Origin: Acidobacteriota bacterium
Lineage (GTDB): Bacteria > Acidobacteriota > UBA890 > WLXD01
NCBI GenBank assembly: GCA_965248695.1
Contig: CBDFKD010000002.1
Coordinates: 256,001-320,000 of the forward strand
Direction of reading: 5' to 3'
Length of the DNA: 64,000 nucleotides
This document shows, in pieces, positions 1 through 10,426 of this stretch. The first letter of the stretch is position 1; every line of letters begins with the position of its first letter. The notes under the pieces were generated by a model, which saw nothing but the letters and a program-made list of their open reading frames with translations, made no database searches and had not been told where the DNA came from. The position numbers and the translations under genes are program-made.

Positions 1-5
1 CGGCT

Positions 6-944
6 TCAGCCGGGGCATGCCGCGCTTCCCTCGAGCGCTTCCAGTAACGCTGTCTCCTCACCGCAGATGTAGGCGCCGTTGCCCGCATGCATGTGGAAGC
101 GGATATCGCCGAACACGCCGCTGTCCGCGTAGCGCTGAATGGCATCCTCGATGACCTTCCAGGGAATCTGAAACTCGCCCCGAAGGTAGAGATAGACCTC
201 GGTCGCCTCGACCGCATAGGCCGCGATCGCCAGGCCCTCGAGAATCTTGTCCGGGCGGCGCAGCATGACCTCACGATCCTTGAACGTCCCGGGCTCGCCC
301 TCGTCGGCGTTGAGCACCACGTACCGGGTGGTGACCGGCTGCCCGCGGGTGCCGGTCCATTTGATATGGGCCGGGAACCCGGCGCCGCCACGGCCCTGCA
401 ACCCGGATTCCTTGAGCGTCTCGATCACCGCCTCAGGACCCATCTCGACGGCGCGCGCGAATGCACCGCCGCCGTAGTCCAGCTCGCCCAGGAGGTTGCA
501 GGCGAGCGTTTCGGGATCGTCGATCTCGGGGCCCACGGTGCCCAGCCAATGCTCGTCCGGCACGTTGCCGGCCGATTGCAGGCGCTCCCAGTCGCCGTCT
601 GCCTCGTGCACATCCTCGATGGTCAGGCGCGGCAACACGATTCGGTCGCGCATCACCGCCGGCGGCACGTCGCAAGCTGCCAGACACGAGCAGCCCTCGA
701 CGGGAAAACCGGCGAGCTCGGCGGCCCGCAGCACCTTGTCGGCGCCGGCCATCTGACACGACAATCCAGTGCAGACGCGCACCTTGAGATGAGGCCGCGC
801 CAGCATGTGATAGAAGCTGCCGACACCGTAGATATCGGCCTCCGGAATACCGGTCTCCTCGGCAATCCGGCGGGCGGTACCTTCGGTCAGGCCACCGGCC
901 TCGTACAGCAGGTCGGGAATCTCGTGACGACGATCTTCGCTCAT
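6..944 (-). CDS. NADH dehydrogenase NuoE-NuoF-like fusion (2Fe-2S thioredoxin-like domain + FMN/NADH-binding domain); apparent frameshift near 30, gene continues beyond the window's left edge
   Basis: VCTGLSC...CLAAC (NuoE-like), then SGLQGRGGAGFP, NADEGEPGTFKDR and GAYICGEETALLEALEG (NuoF motifs). The expected continuation KRGMPRLKP is in the adjacent frame. Confidence 0.85.
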   Translation of the reverse strand: MSEDRRHEIPDLLYEAGGLTEGTARRIAEETGIPEADIYGVGSFYHMLARPHLKVRVCTGLSCQMAGADKVLRAAELAGFPVEGCSCLAACDVPPAVMRDRIVLPRLTIEDVHEADGDWERLQSAGNVPDEHWLGTVGPEIDDPETLACNLLGELDYGGGAFARAVEMGPEAVIETLKESGLQGRGGAGFPAHIKWTGTRGQPVTTRYVVLNADEGEPGTFKDREVMLRRPDKILEGLAIAAYAVEATEVYLYLRGEFQIPWKVIEDAIQRYADSGVFGDIRFHMHAGNGAYICGEETALLEALEGSAACPG

Positions 945-1152
945 GGCCCGACCATGCTAGTGGACTGTGGAGATCGAATCGAATTCGCAGCGGCGAGAAC
1001 GCGGCGCGCGGCTAAGGCAAGCCGACGTCCACTCTCTCGCGGGCCCCTGGGGCGTCTATCCCGAAGCCGGCATGCGGCCCGCGGCGCTCGCCAGCGGCAC
1101 CCATCCAGCCGCCGTGACCGCCTCGCTTCACTGCCCGGATCGACTTGCTATT

Positions 1153-1182
1153 TATCCGCTTTGGATATATCTATATTGGATA
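1153..1182. promoter_or_regulatory. Tandem palindromic operator, probably PadR autoregulation site
   Basis: TATCC-N5-GGATA (1153-1167) directly followed by TATCT-N5-GGATA (1168-1182), in an AT-rich patch 40 nt upstream of padR. Confidence 0.55.
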
Positions 1183-1222
1183 GAACGTTTCGGATCCGCC
1201 AGCCAACCAACGGAATCGACGC

Positions 1223-1570
1223 ATGACCTACGGCAAGCCCCTGAACACCGCGCCGCTCAAACCGGCCGTGCTGCACATCCTGCTGGCCCTCAGTCCGGGG
1301 CAAATGCATGGGCTCGGCATCGCCGACGCGATCGAAGAGGAGACCGACGGCGAGATCCGTGTCGGACCCGGAACGCTGTACCGATCGCTCAAGGAGATGA
1401 CGGCGGCGCAGCTGGTTGCGCCCGTTGACGCTACCTCCGGTACCGATCCGCGCCGCAAGTACTATCGCCTCACCGACCTCGGGCTCGAGGTGCTGCAGGC
1501 GGAGGCGGCGCGCCTGGCACGTATCGTCGAGGTTGCCAGGCGGCGGCACGTGCTCTCGGGCAACGCCTGA
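1223..1570 (+). CDS. PadR-family transcriptional regulator
   Basis: HILLAL...HG..I...GPGTLYRSL...RRKYYRLTD.G winged-helix pattern; stop overlaps the start of the permease gene. Confidence 0.9.
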   Translation: MTYGKPLNTAPLKPAVLHILLALSPGQMHGLGIADAIEEETDGEIRVGPGTLYRSLKEMTAAQLVAPVDATSGTDPRRKYYRLTDLGLEVLQAEAARLARIVEVARRRHVLSGNA

Positions 1571-4304
1571 TGGACCTGTTCTACCGCCTGTTGCTATTCG
1601 CCTACCCGCGCCCGTTCCGGCGCGAATACGGCCTTGCCATGCTCGACCTCTTCCGACTGCAACGCAACCGTGCACGGCGAGAGACGGGGCACTTGGGCGG
1701 GGCCGCCTTTTGGGCGTTCGCCGTCGACGACCTGGTGCGCAACGCCTTCGCCGAGCGCACGCGCCGCTGGCAACAACGCAGCCCACTGCACCGTCGCGTT
1801 CGGCTATCCGAGACACCCACTCCCCGGGAACCACGCGAAATGATCGACACCATGCTTCGCGAGCTGCGACACGCGGCCCGACGACTGATCAAGGCTCCGG
1901 TATTCAGCACAACGGCAATCATCATCATTGCCCTGGGAATCGGCGCCAATGCCTCCATGTTCACGTTCGTCGACGCGGTGTTGATGCGGCCACAGCCGTT
2001 TGCACGACCCGCTGAGCTGGTGGATGTGTATCAGGACTCCGATGACGGAGATCCCAACTCGAGCTCGTTCCCGGCCTACCGGGACATTGCTGCGCGCACC
2101 GACGTCTTCTCCGGCGCCACCGGGATCATGCCGAGGAGCGCCACGCTGATGAACGACGACGGCGTCGAGAGCGTCGCTGTCGAGTACGTGACGTCGAACT
2201 ACTTCGATGTCCTCGGTCTACCGCTCACCATCGGACGGGCCTTCAGTCCGCTGGAGGATGTAGATGGGGGCGAACCAGTAGCCATCGTGAGCTACCAGAC
2301 GTGGCGGGATCGCTTCGGCAGCGATAGCGAGATTCTCGGCACGACCCTGCGGCTCGAGGGCGCGGCGATCACCATCGTCGGCGTCGGGCCGCAGAGCTAC
2401 GGTGGGATCATGCCGGGTTTCAGCCGCGACCTGTGGCTGTCGTTGTCGGCGATGCGCTCGACCATGGGCGAGTACGCCGCGACAACGCTCGATCGCCGCG
2501 GCGACCACTGGTTCCTGATCAAGGCACGTCTTGCCGCCGGAGTCTCGGCAGTGCAGGCGCAGGCAGGGATGGATGCCCTGGCGACACGGCTCGCCACCGA
2601 GTTCCCGGAGATGAACACGGGGCGCGATATCACCGTCTTCGGCGCCGGCGCCGTGCGCCTGCACCCGTCGTTCGACAGCAGTCTCTTGCCGCTTTCGGCG
2701 GGTCTGATGACCCTCGTCGGACTCGTGCTGGTCATCGCGTGCAGCAACCTCGCCAACCTGCTGCTGGTTCGCGCCTCGACGCGAGGCCGCGAGGTTTCCG
2801 TACGACTCGCGGTGGGCGCTTCGCGCGGCCGCATCATCCTGCACATGATGTCCGAGAGCGTTGTGCTGTCGTTGGCCGGCGGCGCGTTGGGGCTACTGCT
2901 CGCCGGCTGGACCATACGCGCCTTCACTGCCGCTCAGCTACCGCTGGGCATGCCTGCGCCGGTCGACTTGCGCCTAGACATGCGCGTCGTGAGCTTCACG
3001 CTGGTGGTTTCGTTGCTTTACCGGCGCCCTCTTCGGGCTGCTCCCGGCATTGCGCTTGGCACGGGCCAACGTGGTCGGCTCGTTGCGCGACGACGGCACG
3101 CCGCTTTCGTTCCGCGGCGGGCGTTTCACCGTTCGCAACCTCCTGATCGTCGCCCAGGTCGCCGTATCGTTCGTCATCCTGGTAGTCGCCGGCCTGCTCG
3201 GTCGCAGCGTCGCCAACGCGGCGTCGGTGGATGCGGGCTTCGGTGCCAATCCCGAGCATGTCGCGTTGCTTTCCACCGACTTCGCGCACGCCGGTTATAG
3301 CGCCACCGAAGCGGCACCGCTGTACGAAGAGCTCCGGCGCCGCTACGAGACCTTCCCCGGGGTCGAGCGCGTTGCCCTCACGGCCCACTTGCCGGCGCGC
3401 GGATTCGGCGGCTCCAGCACCCTGGTAATCGACGGCTACACGCCCAACCACCGGCACCGACTCCGTCGAGGTATTGCGGGCGAGCGTCGGGCCGCGCTAC
3501 TTCGAGACACTGAAGATCCCGGTGCTACATGGCCGACCGTTCACCCTCGAAGACACTCCGGATAGCACGCCGGTCGTGGTCATATCCGAGGCCATGGCCC
3601 GCGCTTTTTGGGGCCGCAGCGACGTCGTCGGCGAGCGGTTTCGATGGCAGGGAGTGCCCGACGGCTGGCAGGACATCGTCGGTGTCGTGGCGGACGTGAA
3701 GATTCGCGAACTCACCGAAGCCCCGACGCCACTCTTCTACCGGTCCCTCGGCCAGGGAGCCGGGCCGTCGCTGTACTTGGTGGCGCGATCGTCGCGCGAT
3801 GCGAGCCCACTGCTCCCGGCGATGCGGACCGAGCTGACGAATATCGATCCGTCGCTCTCGGCGCTTCGACTCAGGACCATGGACGAGCATCTCTCCGACG
3901 GACTGGCGCTGTCTCGCTTGGGAACGCGGATGGTCTCCGGCTTCGGCTTGCTCGGCCTGATACTCGCCAGCCTCGGGCTCTACGCGGTGGTCGCCTTCTC
4001 GGTGCAACGGCGCACACGCGAGGTCGGCGTGCGCATGGCGCTCGGAGCCGGCAAACAGCAGGTGGCGCGCATGGTGCTCGGCGAGGTGTTGATCGTCGTC
4101 GGGATTGCCGTCGGGGTAGGAATCGCGGCATCGTTGCTGATCACCCCCGTCATCGCCGGGCAGCTCTACAACGTCCCGCCGGTAGATCCGTTGACGCTGG
4201 CCGGGACGGCCCTCCTGTTGACGCTCACCGGAGCGGTGGCAACGTGGCTTCCTGCCAGGCGTGCCGCCACCGTCGATCCGGTCACGGCACTGCGGAACCA
4301 GTAA
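1570..4304 (+). CDS. ADOP-type (MacB/FtsX duplicated) ABC permease, split by two one-base frameshifts (~3018 and ~3447)
   Basis: ALGIGANASMF, LVIACSNLANLLL, REVSVRLAVGASR, LIVAQVAVS, REVGVRMALGA and PARRAATVDPVTALR are spread over ORFs 1570..3300, 3050..3565 and 3474..4304. Confidence 0.85.
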
Positions 4305-4412
4305 GCGCCAATCGGGCGGTGGTTGTAGATTCTCCGTCGCGGGTAATCGATCCTCGTCCGCCCGCCGCCGGGCCCGTTGGACGGCGTCGCCGCCTACCGG
4401 AGCCCCCCATAA

Positions 4413-6005
4413 TTGGACCATCGCACGGAAAACGTACTGATCGCAGGACAGTGGCGCCCCGCTGACGCCACCGGCACGTTTCAGGCAATCAACCCGGACA
4501 CGGGCGAGACGCTGTCACACGTGTATCCGGTAAGCAGGCGAGCTGACGTCGACGCGACGCTCCGAGCCGGTAGCGATACGGCCCGTCTGCTGGTCGACGC
4601 GGAGCCGGAGCGCATCGCCGCGTTCCTGGACGGCTACGCACACCGCATCGAGGCCGCGAAGGACGAGATTGCCGTCGCTGCGAGCCTCGAGACGGCACTG
4701 CCCGTATCCCCTCGCCTGGCCGACGTCGAGCTACCGCGCACGACCGACCAGCTACGTCAGGCAGCCAACGCCGCGCGCAGTGGCGGCTGGCGCCAGCCGA
4801 CGATCGATACCGCCAGCAACATCCGCTCGATGTACGGACCACTCGGTGGTCCAGTGGCGGTGTTCGGACCGAACAACTTTCCACTGGCGTTCAACGGCGC
4901 CTCGGGCGGCGATTTCGCCGCTGCGATCGCTGCCGGCAACCCGGTGATCGTGAAAGCGCATCCGAGCCATCCGCGCACCACCCAGCTACTCGCCGAGGCC
5001 ACGGTTCCGGCCCTCCAGGAGGCCGGGCTGCCGCCGGCAACAGTACAGATGATCTACCGCACATCGCACGAGGACGGTGCGTATCTGGTGTCCCATCCGC
5101 TCATCGCCGCGACCGGCTACACCGGCTCGCGCGCCGCCGGTCTGGTGCTGAAGGATGCCGCCGATCGCGCTGGCAAGCCGATCTACCTCGAGCTCAGCAG
5201 CATCAATCCGGTGTTCGTGCTACCCGGGGCTCTCAGCGAGCGCCGAGAGGTTCTGGTGGAGGAATTCGTCGGATCGGCTCTGCTCGGAACGGGGCAGTTC
5301 TGCACCAACCCCGGTGTCGTTGTCGTGCAATCCGGCGACGACGCCGAGGAATTCATCGATTCCCTCCGGGAAGGCTTCGAAGCATCGGGAGTCGGCGCGT
5401 TGCTTGGCGCCGGCACGGTCGGCGCGCTGAGCACCGCCGTCGGCACTCTGCGATCCGCCGGTGCCGAGCTGCTCACCGGCGGCGAGCCCATCGAGGGCAA
5501 GGGATGTCGGTTCCAGAACACCCTGCTGCGCAGCGATGGCGCGGCGTTCTTGAGCGATCCCGCCGGCCTGCAGACGGAGGCGTTCGGCAACTCCAACCTC
5601 ATCGTCGTGGCCGCCGACGACAGCGAGATGGAGCAGATCGCCGGAAGCCTCGAGGGCAATCTCACCGGGTGTATCTACTCGCACACTGGCGGTGACGATG
5701 ACGCGCTGTACGAGCGCATCGCCAGGCCGCTGCGACGACGTGTCGGGCGATTGCTGAACGACAAGATGCCGACCGGCGTGGCGGTCACCGGGGCGATGAA
5801 CCACGGCGGCCCGTACCCTGCCACGGGTCATCCGGGATTCACCGCCGTGGGGATTCCCGCGTCGTTGGCGCGCTTCGCGATGCTCGAGTGCTACGACAAC
5901 GTCCGGCCGCACCGGCTGCCGCCCTTGCTGGGCGACACAAACCCCGAGAGAGGGTGGCGCAACGTCGACGGGGAATGGACGCGCGCCAGCATCGCCGCGC
6001 CTTGA
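4413..6005 (+). CDS. NADP-dependent aldehyde dehydrogenase, alpha-ketoglutarate semialdehyde dehydrogenase-like
   Basis: VAVFGPNNFPLAF, KAHPSHP, GYTGS, ELSSINP, GQFCTNPG (catalytic Cys), HGGPYPAT. Confidence 0.85.
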   Translation: MDHRTENVLIAGQWRPADATGTFQAINPDTGETLSHVYPVSRRADVDATLRAGSDTARLLVDAEPERIAAFLDGYAHRIEAAKDEIAVAASLETALPVSPRLADVELPRTTDQLRQAANAARSGGWRQPTIDTASNIRSMYGPLGGPVAVFGPNNFPLAFNGASGGDFAAAIAAGNPVIVKAHPSHPRTTQLLAEATVPALQEAGLPPATVQMIYRTSHEDGAYLVSHPLIAATGYTGSRAAGLVLKDAADRAGKPIYLELSSINPVFVLPGALSERREVLVEEFVGSALLGTGQFCTNPGVVVVQSGDDAEEFIDSLREGFEASGVGALLGAGTVGALSTAVGTLRSAGAELLTGGEPIEGKGCRFQNTLLRSDGAAFLSDPAGLQTEAFGNSNLIVVAADDSEMEQIAGSLEGNLTGCIYSHTGGDDDALYERIARPLRRRVGRLLNDKMPTGVAVTGAMNHGGPYPATGHPGFTAVGIPASLARFAMLECYDNVRPHRLPPLLGDTNPERGWRNVDGEWTRASIAAP

Positions 6006-6039
6006 TCTCGCCCGCAAATCCCATCTGCGGCGCTTTCGA

Positions 6040-6060
6040 TTCATCTGTTACAGGCCACTA
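6040..6060 (-). repeat. 21-nt stop-codon-anchored repeat, copy 1
   Basis: TTCATCTGTTACAGGCCACTA is identical at 52380..52400. Confidence 0.7.
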
Positions 6061-7278
6061 GACAGGCGGCAGCCTCCAGTCTGCCGCCGCCCCGTCGAGC
6101 TCCTGCCGGAGGACATCCACCGCCTCGGTTCGTCTCTTCATGTTTCCCGCCTTGCCCTGAAACAGCGTCGCCGATCCGCCGCCGCGGCCACCGAGCAACT
6201 CGGCGATCCGGGGTCCGGGCCGGGTGAGTTCCACCGAGCAATCGGAGCCGCAGGCAAGCAGGAAGAAGTGCTCGCCCGCCTCAGACGCTGTCAGCAGAAC
6301 GACGCGGCTACCGACACCGGCGACGACATGTCGCGCCACCAGCTGCAGGAACTCGGCGCCAGCATCGTCGAAATGTGCCTCCATCAGCGTCGTATCGGAT
6401 TCCACCAGGCGGCCTGCGATCTGTCGCGCCAGCTCTCTTTCGAGGCGGCGAGCGCGCCGATCGGCCGCCTTGAGCTTCTCCAATCGGCCGGTGACGGCGG
6501 CCACGAGATCGTCGTTGCCGGCGTCGAGGACGGCGCGCAGGTCGCGGGCGCGTGCTTCGTGCTCGCCGAGCAAACCGCGCACCCGGCCGCCCGCAGCCCA
6601 ATGCAGTCGACATCCGCCGCGCATCGCCTCGACTCCGAGCAACTTGACCGCTTCGATCTCGGCGGTCGACGCCAGGTGAGTGCCGCCGCAGGCACAGACA
6701 TCAACGCCGTCGATCTCGACCAGGCGTACGCTGCCCTCATGCCCGGGGGGCATCCCGCGGCTGCGGACCTCGAGGGCACTCACCTCGGCAGGCGTCACCA
6801 GCCGGGCGCTAACGCGGCGGTTCGAACGCACCACCCCCATGACGGCATCCTCCAACCGTGCCAACGACCCACCGTCCGGGAGCGGTGTGTTGAGCTCGAT
6901 GTCGCAACGGCGGTCACCGAGATGAAATGAGGTGGTCTCCCAGCCGTGCTGCGCGTCCGCCACGGCGGTGATGAGATGTTGGGCAGTGTGCTGCTGCATG
7001 TGGTCGAATCGCCGCGACCAATCCAGCTGCAACCGCGCCGCACCCGGTTGCACCAGGCGCTCGACATAGTGGCGGATGTCCCGATCGACGCGCTGCACGT
7101 CGGTCACCGGCACGTCGCCGACCAGGCCGTGGTCGGCGGGCTGGCCGCCACCTTCCGGGTACAGGATGGTGTCGTCGAGGATGACGAAGGGGCGCCCGTC
7201 CTCGTCACCTGACGAGATCGCCTCGACATCGAGCTCGGTGAGATATGGCTCGCGCTGATACGCGTGCTCGTCACCCAT
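6058..7278 (-). CDS. Alanyl-tRNA editing protein (AlaX-L type, with DHHA1 domain)
   Basis: DTILYPEGGGQPAD, HMQQHTAQHL, CACGGTH zinc motifs and C-terminal GGRGGG; start taken at MGDEHAY. Confidence 0.85.
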   Translation of the reverse strand: MGDEHAYQREPYLTELDVEAISSGDEDGRPFVILDDTILYPEGGGQPADHGLVGDVPVTDVQRVDRDIRHYVERLVQPGAARLQLDWSRRFDHMQQHTAQHLITAVADAQHGWETTSFHLGDRRCDIELNTPLPDGGSLARLEDAVMGVVRSNRRVSARLVTPAEVSALEVRSRGMPPGHEGSVRLVEIDGVDVCACGGTHLASTAEIEAVKLLGVEAMRGGCRLHWAAGGRVRGLLGEHEARARDLRAVLDAGNDDLVAAVTGRLEKLKAADRRARRLERELARQIAGRLVESDTTLMEAHFDDAGAEFLQLVARHVVAGVGSRVVLLTASEAGEHFFLLACGSDCSVELTRPGPRIAELLGGRGGGSATLFQGKAGNMKRRTEAVDVLRQELDGAAADWRLPPV

Positions 7279-7418
7279 GGCGACACGGCTCCTGGTCTGA
7301 TTCAGACACGCGGACGCAGAATACAACGGCTGCCTCTGGTGGGCGGTAGCAATGTTGCCTCCGGATGCGGGCGCGCGTAGATTGCCCGGAAGCTCAGGCG
7401 TCACGAAGGAGATTTTCG

Positions 7419-8417
7419 ATGTCACGACCGATCACCCTTTTCACCGGTCAGTGGGCCGACTTGCCCCTGGCCACCCTGGCTGAGAAAGCTGCCGAGTGGG
7501 GCTTTGACGGACTCGAGCTAGCTTGTTGGGGTGACCACTTCGAAGTTGACCGAGCGCTCAACGACGACGCCTACGTGGGGGCCAAGCGGGACTTGCTCGA
7601 GAGTCGCGGACTGACCTGCACGGCGATCAGCACTCATCTGGTCGGACAGTGTGTCTGCGATCCGATCGACGAGCGCCACGAGGGGATTCTGCCGCCGCGC
7701 ATCTGGGGTGATGGCGATCCGGAGGGCGTGCGTCGGCGCGCCGGCGAAGAAGTCGCCAACACCGCACGTGCGGCGCGCCGCTTCGGCGTCGATGTCGTTA
7801 ACGGGTTCACCGGCAGCCGCGTGTGGTCGAAGCTCTACTTCTTCCCGCCCACGAGCCAGGCCGATATCGACGCCGGCTACGGCGACTTTGCGGCGCGCTG
7901 GCTGCCAATCCTGGACGTCTTCGCTGACCAGGGAGTGCGGTTCGCCCTCGAAGTGCACCCGACCGAGATCGCCTACGACATCATCACGTCGCGGCGGGCG
8001 CTGGACGCGATCGACGACCATGCGAGCTTCGGTTTCAACTTCGACCCCAGTCACCTGGTGCACCAGTTCGTCGAGCCAGTTGCGTTCATCGATGAGTTTC
8101 CGGACCGTATCTTCCACGTCCACGTGAAGGACGCTCGCGTGCAGCTGGACGGACGCAACAGCATCCTGTCGTCACACCTGGATTTCGGCGACCCTCGTCG
8201 TGGTTGGGACTTCGTCTCGCCGGGTCGTGGGGACGTCGAGTGGGATCCGATCATCCGGGCGCTCAACCGCGCCGGCTACGATGGCCCGCTGTCGATCGAG
8301 TGGGAGGACAGCGGTATGGATCGGGAGTGGGGTGCCCAGGAGGCCTTGCAGATGATCCGCGACCAGGATTTCGTCCCCTCGGACGTGGCGTTTGACGCCG
8401 CCTTTGCCGACGATTGA
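7419..8417 (+). CDS. Sugar phosphate isomerase/epimerase (xylose-isomerase-like TIM barrel, IolE/AP-endonuclease-2 family)
   Basis: [36 protein letters not shown]; RBS AAGGAG upstream. Confidence 0.85.
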   Translation: MSRPITLFTGQWADLPLATLAEKAAEWGFDGLELACWGDHFEVDRALNDDAYVGAKRDLLESRGLTCTAISTHLVGQCVCDPIDERHEGILPPRIWGDGDPEGVRRRAGEEVANTARAARRFGVDVVNGFTGSRVWSKLYFFPPTSQADIDAGYGDFAARWLPILDVFADQGVRFALEVHPTEIAYDIITSRRALDAIDDHASFGFNFDPSHLVHQFVEPVAFIDEFPDRIFHVHVKDARVQLDGRNSILSSHLDFGDPRRGWDFVSPGRGDVEWDPIIRALNRAGYDGPLSIEWEDSGMDREWGAQEALQMIRDQDFVPSDVAFDAAFADD

Positions 8418-8448
8418 TGAGCAGCATCGAACCCACGGAGCGCGAGTA

Positions 8449-9654
8449 ATGGGTGAGCAATCCTTCACCGATATGGCATCGGCGACGATCGATATCGACG
8501 CACCCAGCGTCGGGGTCGGAATGCTCGGATACTCGTTCATGGGGAAAGCACACTCGAACGCGCTCAAGAAGCTCCCCTACATGATCTACCCGCCACCGGC
8601 GACCCCCGAGCTGGTGGCGATCTGTGGCCGTAATGAGGACGCGGTCGCGGAAGCTGCGCGGCGTTACGGCTACTCGCGCCACACCACGGACTGGCGTGAT
8701 CTGATCGAGGATGAGCGCGTGCAGCTGTTCGACAACGGCGGACCCAACGATGCCCACGCCGAGCCGTGTATCGCTGCCGCCGCGGCCGGCAAGCACGTCA
8801 TCTGCGAAAAGCCGCTGGCCCGCAACGCCGAGGAAGCGGCATCGATGCTGGTGGCGGTACGCGAGGCCGACGTGAAGCACATGGTGGCGTTCAACTACCG
8901 CTTCGTACCGGCCATCCGCCAGGCGCGCGCGCTGATCGACAGCGGAGCGCTGGGCCGGATCTACCACTATCGCGCCATCTACCTACAGGAGTGGATCCTG
9001 CCCCACTACGACACGCCGAGAGTCTGGCGGCTCGACAAGGCACAGGCCGGCAGCGGTGCGCTGGGTGATCTCGGGGCCCACATCATCGACCTGGCCCACT
9101 ACCTCGTGGGCGACATCGCCAGCGTCGGTGCCGCGACCCGCACATTCATCGACGAAAGGCCGTTGGCGGACGGTTCCGGGAACGCCAGGGTCGATGTTGA
9201 CGACGCCTTCGTCGCCACCGTCGAGTTCGCCAACGGGGCGCTGGGTACGCTCGAATCGACCCGCTTCGCCGCCGGTCGCAAGAATCACCAGGTGGTCGAG
9301 ATCAACGGCGAGCTTGGCAGCATCCGATTCAACCTCGAACGGCTGAACGAGCTGCAGGTGTTCTGGGTCGGCGAGGAGCCGGCCGCGACTCAGGGGTTCC
9401 ACGACGTGCTGGTGACCGAAGCGCACCACCCGTTCTGGGAACACTGGTGGCCTCACGGCCACATCATCGGCTGGGAACACACGTTCGTGCACGAGTTCGC
9501 TCACCTGCTCGACTGCATCGTCAACGATCGCGAGGTCGCGCCGCACGGAGCCACCTTCGACGACGGCTACCGTGCGGCGGTTGTCTGCGACGCTGTGCTG
9601 GCGTCGGCATCGACGCGTCGTCAGGTCGACGTACGCTACGGCACGGGTACGTAG
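8449..9654 (+). CDS. Gfo/Idh/MocA-family NAD(P)-dependent oxidoreductase (sugar 3-dehydrogenase/levoglucosan dehydrogenase-like)
   Basis: GYSFMGKAHS, CEKPLA, AFNYRF, GALGDLGAHIIDL, WWPHGHIIGWEHTF. Confidence 0.85.
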   Translation: MGEQSFTDMASATIDIDAPSVGVGMLGYSFMGKAHSNALKKLPYMIYPPPATPELVAICGRNEDAVAEAARRYGYSRHTTDWRDLIEDERVQLFDNGGPNDAHAEPCIAAAAAGKHVICEKPLARNAEEAASMLVAVREADVKHMVAFNYRFVPAIRQARALIDSGALGRIYHYRAIYLQEWILPHYDTPRVWRLDKAQAGSGALGDLGAHIIDLAHYLVGDIASVGAATRTFIDERPLADGSGNARVDVDDAFVATVEFANGALGTLESTRFAAGRKNHQVVEINGELGSIRFNLERLNELQVFWVGEEPAATQGFHDVLVTEAHHPFWEHWWPHGHIIGWEHTFVHEFAHLLDCIVNDREVAPHGATFDDGYRAAVVCDAVLASASTRRQVDVRYGTGT

Positions 9655-9682
9655 TCGCCGCGAGACGGAAGAAGGAACTCGA

Positions 9683-10426
9683 ATGCAAGATCACGCCAGA
9701 CCTTCGAGGCGGGCGCTCATCGGCGTAGTGCTCACGCTGGTGGCGAGCAGCGCCTGCTCGGCGCCGGCGCCTCCGCGCGTGCTGGTGTTCTCGAAGACCG
9801 CGGCCTTCCGACACGACTCGATCGAGACGGGCGTCGACGCCATCCGACAACTCGGGCAAGACCACGGCTTTGTGGTCGACGCAACCGAGGACGCCGCGGC
9901 GTTCGACGAGGACAATCTGCGCAATTACGACGTTGTGGTTTTTCTCAGCACCACCGGCGACGTGCTGGACGGGTCGCAGCAGGCCGACTTCGAGCGCTTC
10001 ATTCAGGCAGGCGGCAGCTTCGTCGGCGTCCACGCCGCCAGCGATACCGAGTACGCCTGGCCCTGGTACGGGCGACTCGTGGGCGCCTACTTCGTGAGCC
10101 ATCCAGCACCCCAGGAAGCCACCCTGCAAGTGATGGACCCGGAGCATCCGGCTACCCGGCACCTGGCGGCGACCTGGGCCCGCTTCGACGAATGGTACGA
10201 CCTGCGATACACCGATCCCGGCGTCCATGTCCTGCTGACGATCGACGAGGACAGCTACAACGGCGCCACCACCGGATCTCCGCATGCAATGGCGTGGTCG
10301 CACGAGTTCGACGGCGGCCGGGCCTTCTATACCGCGCTCGGGCACACGCCCGAAAGCTATTCGGAGGCGGCGTTTCTCCGGCACCTGTCCGGTGGTATCG
10401 AATACGCCCTCGGAGGCGACTTCTAG
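9683..10426 (+). CDS. ThuA-like (trehalose utilisation) domain protein with signal peptide/lipobox
   Basis: VLVFSKTAAFRHDSI, GGSFVGVHAASDT, DEWY, GRAFYTALGH. Confidence 0.85.
   Translation: MQDHARPSRRALIGVVLTLVASSACSAPAPPRVLVFSKTAAFRHDSIETGVDAIRQLGQDHGFVVDATEDAAAFDEDNLRNYDVVVFLSTTGDVLDGSQQADFERFIQAGGSFVGVHAASDTEYAWPWYGRLVGAYFVSHPAPQEATLQVMDPEHPATRHLAATWARFDEWYDLRYTDPGVHVLLTIDEDSYNGATTGSPHAMAWSHEFDGGRAFYTALGHTPESYSEAAFLRHLSGGIEYALGGDF

Noticed and set aside
87-1226. Long opposite-strand or alternative-frame ORFs (e.g. 87..1226, 12573..13604, 19606..20724, 33009..34148)
   Set aside because: Typical high-GC shadow ORFs overlapping well-supported genes, with no recognisable motifs
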